Assembly (NCBI GenBank): GCA_043228905.1
Contig: JBHGNT010000014.1
Coordinates: forward strand, 10,912,001-10,976,000
DNA: 64,000 bases
DNA from: Azolla caroliniana
Lineage: Eukaryota > Plantae > Polypodiophyta
Direction: 5' to 3'
In this document: in pieces, positions 61,359 through 64,000 of the stretch
How positions within the stretch are numbered: position 1 is the stretch's first letter
Layout: each line of letters starts with the position of its first letter
Notes under the pieces: generated by a model
The model's database searches: none
What the model was told of the DNA's origin: nothing
The model's input: the letters and a program-made list of their open reading frames with translations, nothing else
Made by a program: the position numbers and the translations under genes

Positions 61359-62201
61359 AGAGGGGAACACAAGAACAGCTACGCGGGGAAACAGAGAATC
61401 GAAGGTGGAGTGAGAGAGAGAAACAGAAAGAAGGAAAGAAACAGAGCTTCGAAGGTGGAGTGAGAGAGAGAAAGAGAGAGATAGACCTGTAATAGATATG
61501 TCTTCTTTCTTTAACTTTCTGCCACTGTTTGTCTGACAACTTCGAGACAGAAGAGAGAGAGAGAGAGAGAGACATACCAATTGACACGTTCGAATACCCA
61601 TACCAGAGAGAGAGAGAGAGAGAGATACTGAGACTGACCAACTGTCACAATGGATACCTTCTCCAGGTGTGCTTTCGTACAACTCTACCTAGGAGACTGG
61701 GGCAACAATTAATGTATTAAATATGGCCTAGGGACATTTCGAGTGTGACGTATAATATCTTTGTGCATTCGAGTGTGACGTAATGAATTTGTTTTTTGTT
61801 TTTTGAAATTTATTTACAATTTTTAATGTTTATTTTCTTCTTCGATTTAGTACTAAATTTTTGGCCAAAAGTTGGTACACCATAGCATGCTTCGACCCAG
61901 CTATTAGCTAATTAGGTAGTAGTGGACATAAAGGTGAAACAACTATTTAGCTATGCATAGCTATTTAGCTACTAGCAGCTAATTAGTTACTGGCAGCAAA
62001 TTAGCTGCATATATAAGTCACTTATGTACTTAGGTAAAAAGCAAGAGTAGTAAGTGAGAGTAGAGAAGAAGAACAGAAAAACTGACGAGAGCGAGTTGAG
62101 CTCTATGTGTAATGAAATAGAAGCTTTTTGGTTTGCTGCACAGAGGTAAGTCTCCTTCCCCTTCCCCTTTTTGTCTTGAGCACTAAACGATCCAGCACAT
62201 C

Positions 62202-64000
62202 TATTAGAGATCTAAGTACTAAAGTAAGCTTAAGATAAGGATAAACAAATGATAGATAGAAAGGAGAAAGAGAAAGAAGGGTGCCGATCCACCCGACCAC
62301 CCCCGAGAGAAGGGATCGAGATGGACTCGAGCCTCGATCGGCGTCCCATACCACCGCCATGGCGTCGAGTCGTACCTGGTGCTGGCGCGCTCGCTACAAG
62401 AGTTGACCCACCACAAGAGCAGAGTCTCGATGTAGTCAAAAAGATGCTGAAATGAGGGTAGCTAGGCCTCTTATTTATAGCGATACCCAAGGCCTCCAAG
62501 CAAGTTCACACTTGACCTAATGGGTTGTCTCAATCCCGAGGATTAAAAGTAATCCTCCCTTTCTTTACACTCTCGTTTAACCCTCACACTTATCCACGTG
62601 TATAGAATACTACGGTAAATTCTCACCACGGGATATTAAATGGTCATGCCCGTAACATACTCCCCCTCTTTAAAACATTGCACTCTTGCAATGGAAAGTT
62701 AGGGAAATTAGTTCTGAGAGTATTTTCGCGTTCCCATGTGGCATCTTTTATTGATTTATCCATCCATTTTATTTTAAATTCTCGGATTTCTTTAGTACGT
62801 AATTTTTTTGTTTTAACATCGAGAATTCTTTCTGGTACATTTGGTTTAGAAGATAATTCTTCAGAAGTAACCAGAGTTTCAGTTGTAACTGTATTGTCGC
62901 CAAAACCTAGAAGTTCTTTTAGACGACTCACATGGAAGACTAGATGAATTCCAACACCATCGGGAAGAGCAAGACGATAGGCTGATGACCTAATGCGTTT
63001 GACGACTATAAAAGGTCCACAAAACCGTGGGGCTAACTTAGTGCACTTACCCGTAGACAATGTCTTAGAATTGTGAGGTACACGCAAAAATACCTTCTGT
63101 CCAGGGTTGAATACATGAGGTTGCCTATGATGATTGGCATAAAAACGCGCTCTATCTTGAGCTGTTTTTATATTATCTCGTGCAATATGCAACATGTCTT
63201 GCATATCCCGAAGAAAGTTTTGCGTACTTCGCAACTCATCATGATGTATATTAACATCAATCGGGGCTCGTGGCTGAAAACCATACATCAACATAAAAGG
63301 ACTATATCACGTCGACGTATGCTTGGAGCTGTTATAAGCAAACTCCAAAATTGGGAGATAACGTTCCCATTTTGTTGGTTTTGCACCAACGTATGCTCGA
63401 AGCATGTCCTCAATAATTTGATTTACTCGTTCTGTTTGTCCATCAGATTGAGGATGATCCGTGGAGCTCATGCTCAACATAGTTTCTAACTTCTTAAAGA
63501 CTTGCGTCCAGAAGTCACTAGTAAACTTTGGATCTCGATCACTCACGATATCCATCGATAACCCATAAAAACGAAACAATTCGTCAACGAATTGGTAAGC
63601 CAATTCAGGAGCTGTTACTGTGGTTTTAGTAGCAATAAATCTGGCCATTTTAGTTAGTCGATTAACAACAACCCAGATGGCATCATGACCTTTTTGGGTG
63701 CGAGGAAGGCTAACCATAAAATCCATGGATATAATTTCCCACTTATTATTGGGAATGTCCAAGGGATGTAAAAGTCATGCGGCTTTAAGTCGCTCGGCTT
63801 TGTTAACCTGACACTGGTGACAATTAGCCACATAGTTATGTATGTCAGGATGCATCTTAGGCCAATAAAATTGAGTGGAGATGAGAACGAGTGTACGATG
63901 TATTCCAGGGTGCCCTGCTAAGGGTGCATCATGGCATTCAAAAAGAATCCTCTTTTTGACCTCGGGTAAATCTGGAACACAAACCTTCCCATTACGGTAG
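62202..64000 (-). mobile_element. 3' end of a chromoviral Ty3/Gypsy element (integrase, chromodomain, PPT, 3' LTR ~62202-62657)
   Basis: PPT AAAGAGGGGGAG precedes TGTTACGGG at 62657 on the minus strand; TATA-like element near 62475. The left LTR boundary is inferred. Confidence 0.88.
62644..64000 (-). pseudogene. pol: Integrase with GPF motif and C-terminal chromodomain
   Basis: ISMDF..IVSDRDPKF..HPQSDGQTE; KLAPRFCGPF; PERILDVK..EFKIKW..DATWE. Disrupted near 63300 and 63775. Confidence 0.92.

Larger units (their letters stand above)
51329..61898 (+). mobile_element. Sola2-like cut-and-paste DNA transposon, 10,570 bp, 26-bp TIRs, 4-bp TSD AGCT
   Basis: Left TIR GGGTCGAAGCACGCTACGGTGTACCA (51329-51354) matches the reverse complement of 61873-61898 with 2 mismatches. 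AGCT at 51325-28 and 61899-902. GGG..CCC ends, a 4-bp TSD and the transposase motifs fit my recollection of Sola2. Confidence 0.85.
51268..62200 (+). repeat. 3' LTR of Copia 5 (51268-51328 + 61903-~62200), split by the DNA transposon
   Basis: PPT GAGGGGGAG followed by TGTTGAG at 51268; TAGCT-rich sequence and TATATAA (~62010) resume after the transposon. The right end is uncertain. Confidence 0.7.

Noticed and set aside
61555-61625. (AG)n microsatellites here and in LTRs as special features
   Set aside because: These are ordinary CT/GA tracts typical of plant 5' UTRs and LTR R regions.

Overview
This window is a gene-free, heavily nested transposon landscape from a plant nuclear genome; the lineage mix suggests a non-seed plant such as a fern, which is inference only. 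Left third: an old non-chromoviral Ty3/Gypsy element C (8327-26450, minus strand). It is interrupted by Gypsy A (<1-8326), a full-length Ty1/Copia (9261-14913, TSD ATCTG) and Gypsy B (16944-23531, same family as A, internally deleted). Middle: an ~81-84 bp tandem array split by a second Copia (27126-36128, TSD GAACG), whose 5' LTR holds a 3.2-kb non-autonomous Gypsy derivative (TSD GTAAC). Further Copia fragments and a third full-length Copia (42209-47929, TSD GTATT) follow. Right: a 10.6-kb Sola2-like DDD DNA transposon (51329-61898; 26-bp TIRs, AGCT TSD) carries an intron-containing transposase and a convergent coiled-coil/RING-H2 gene, followed by the 3' end of a chromovirus. All multi-domain coding regions are disrupted. 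The most unusual signal is that Gypsy B has no polypurine tract next to its 3' LTR. In its place is a second, oppositely oriented tRNA-Arg-type primer-binding-site motif, and the same motif abuts an unrelated LTR at 31538. This suggests a PPT-less, two-tRNA (or tRNA-mimic) priming mode. Family and tRNA assignments come from motif recognition and recalled consensus sequences, not from database searches.
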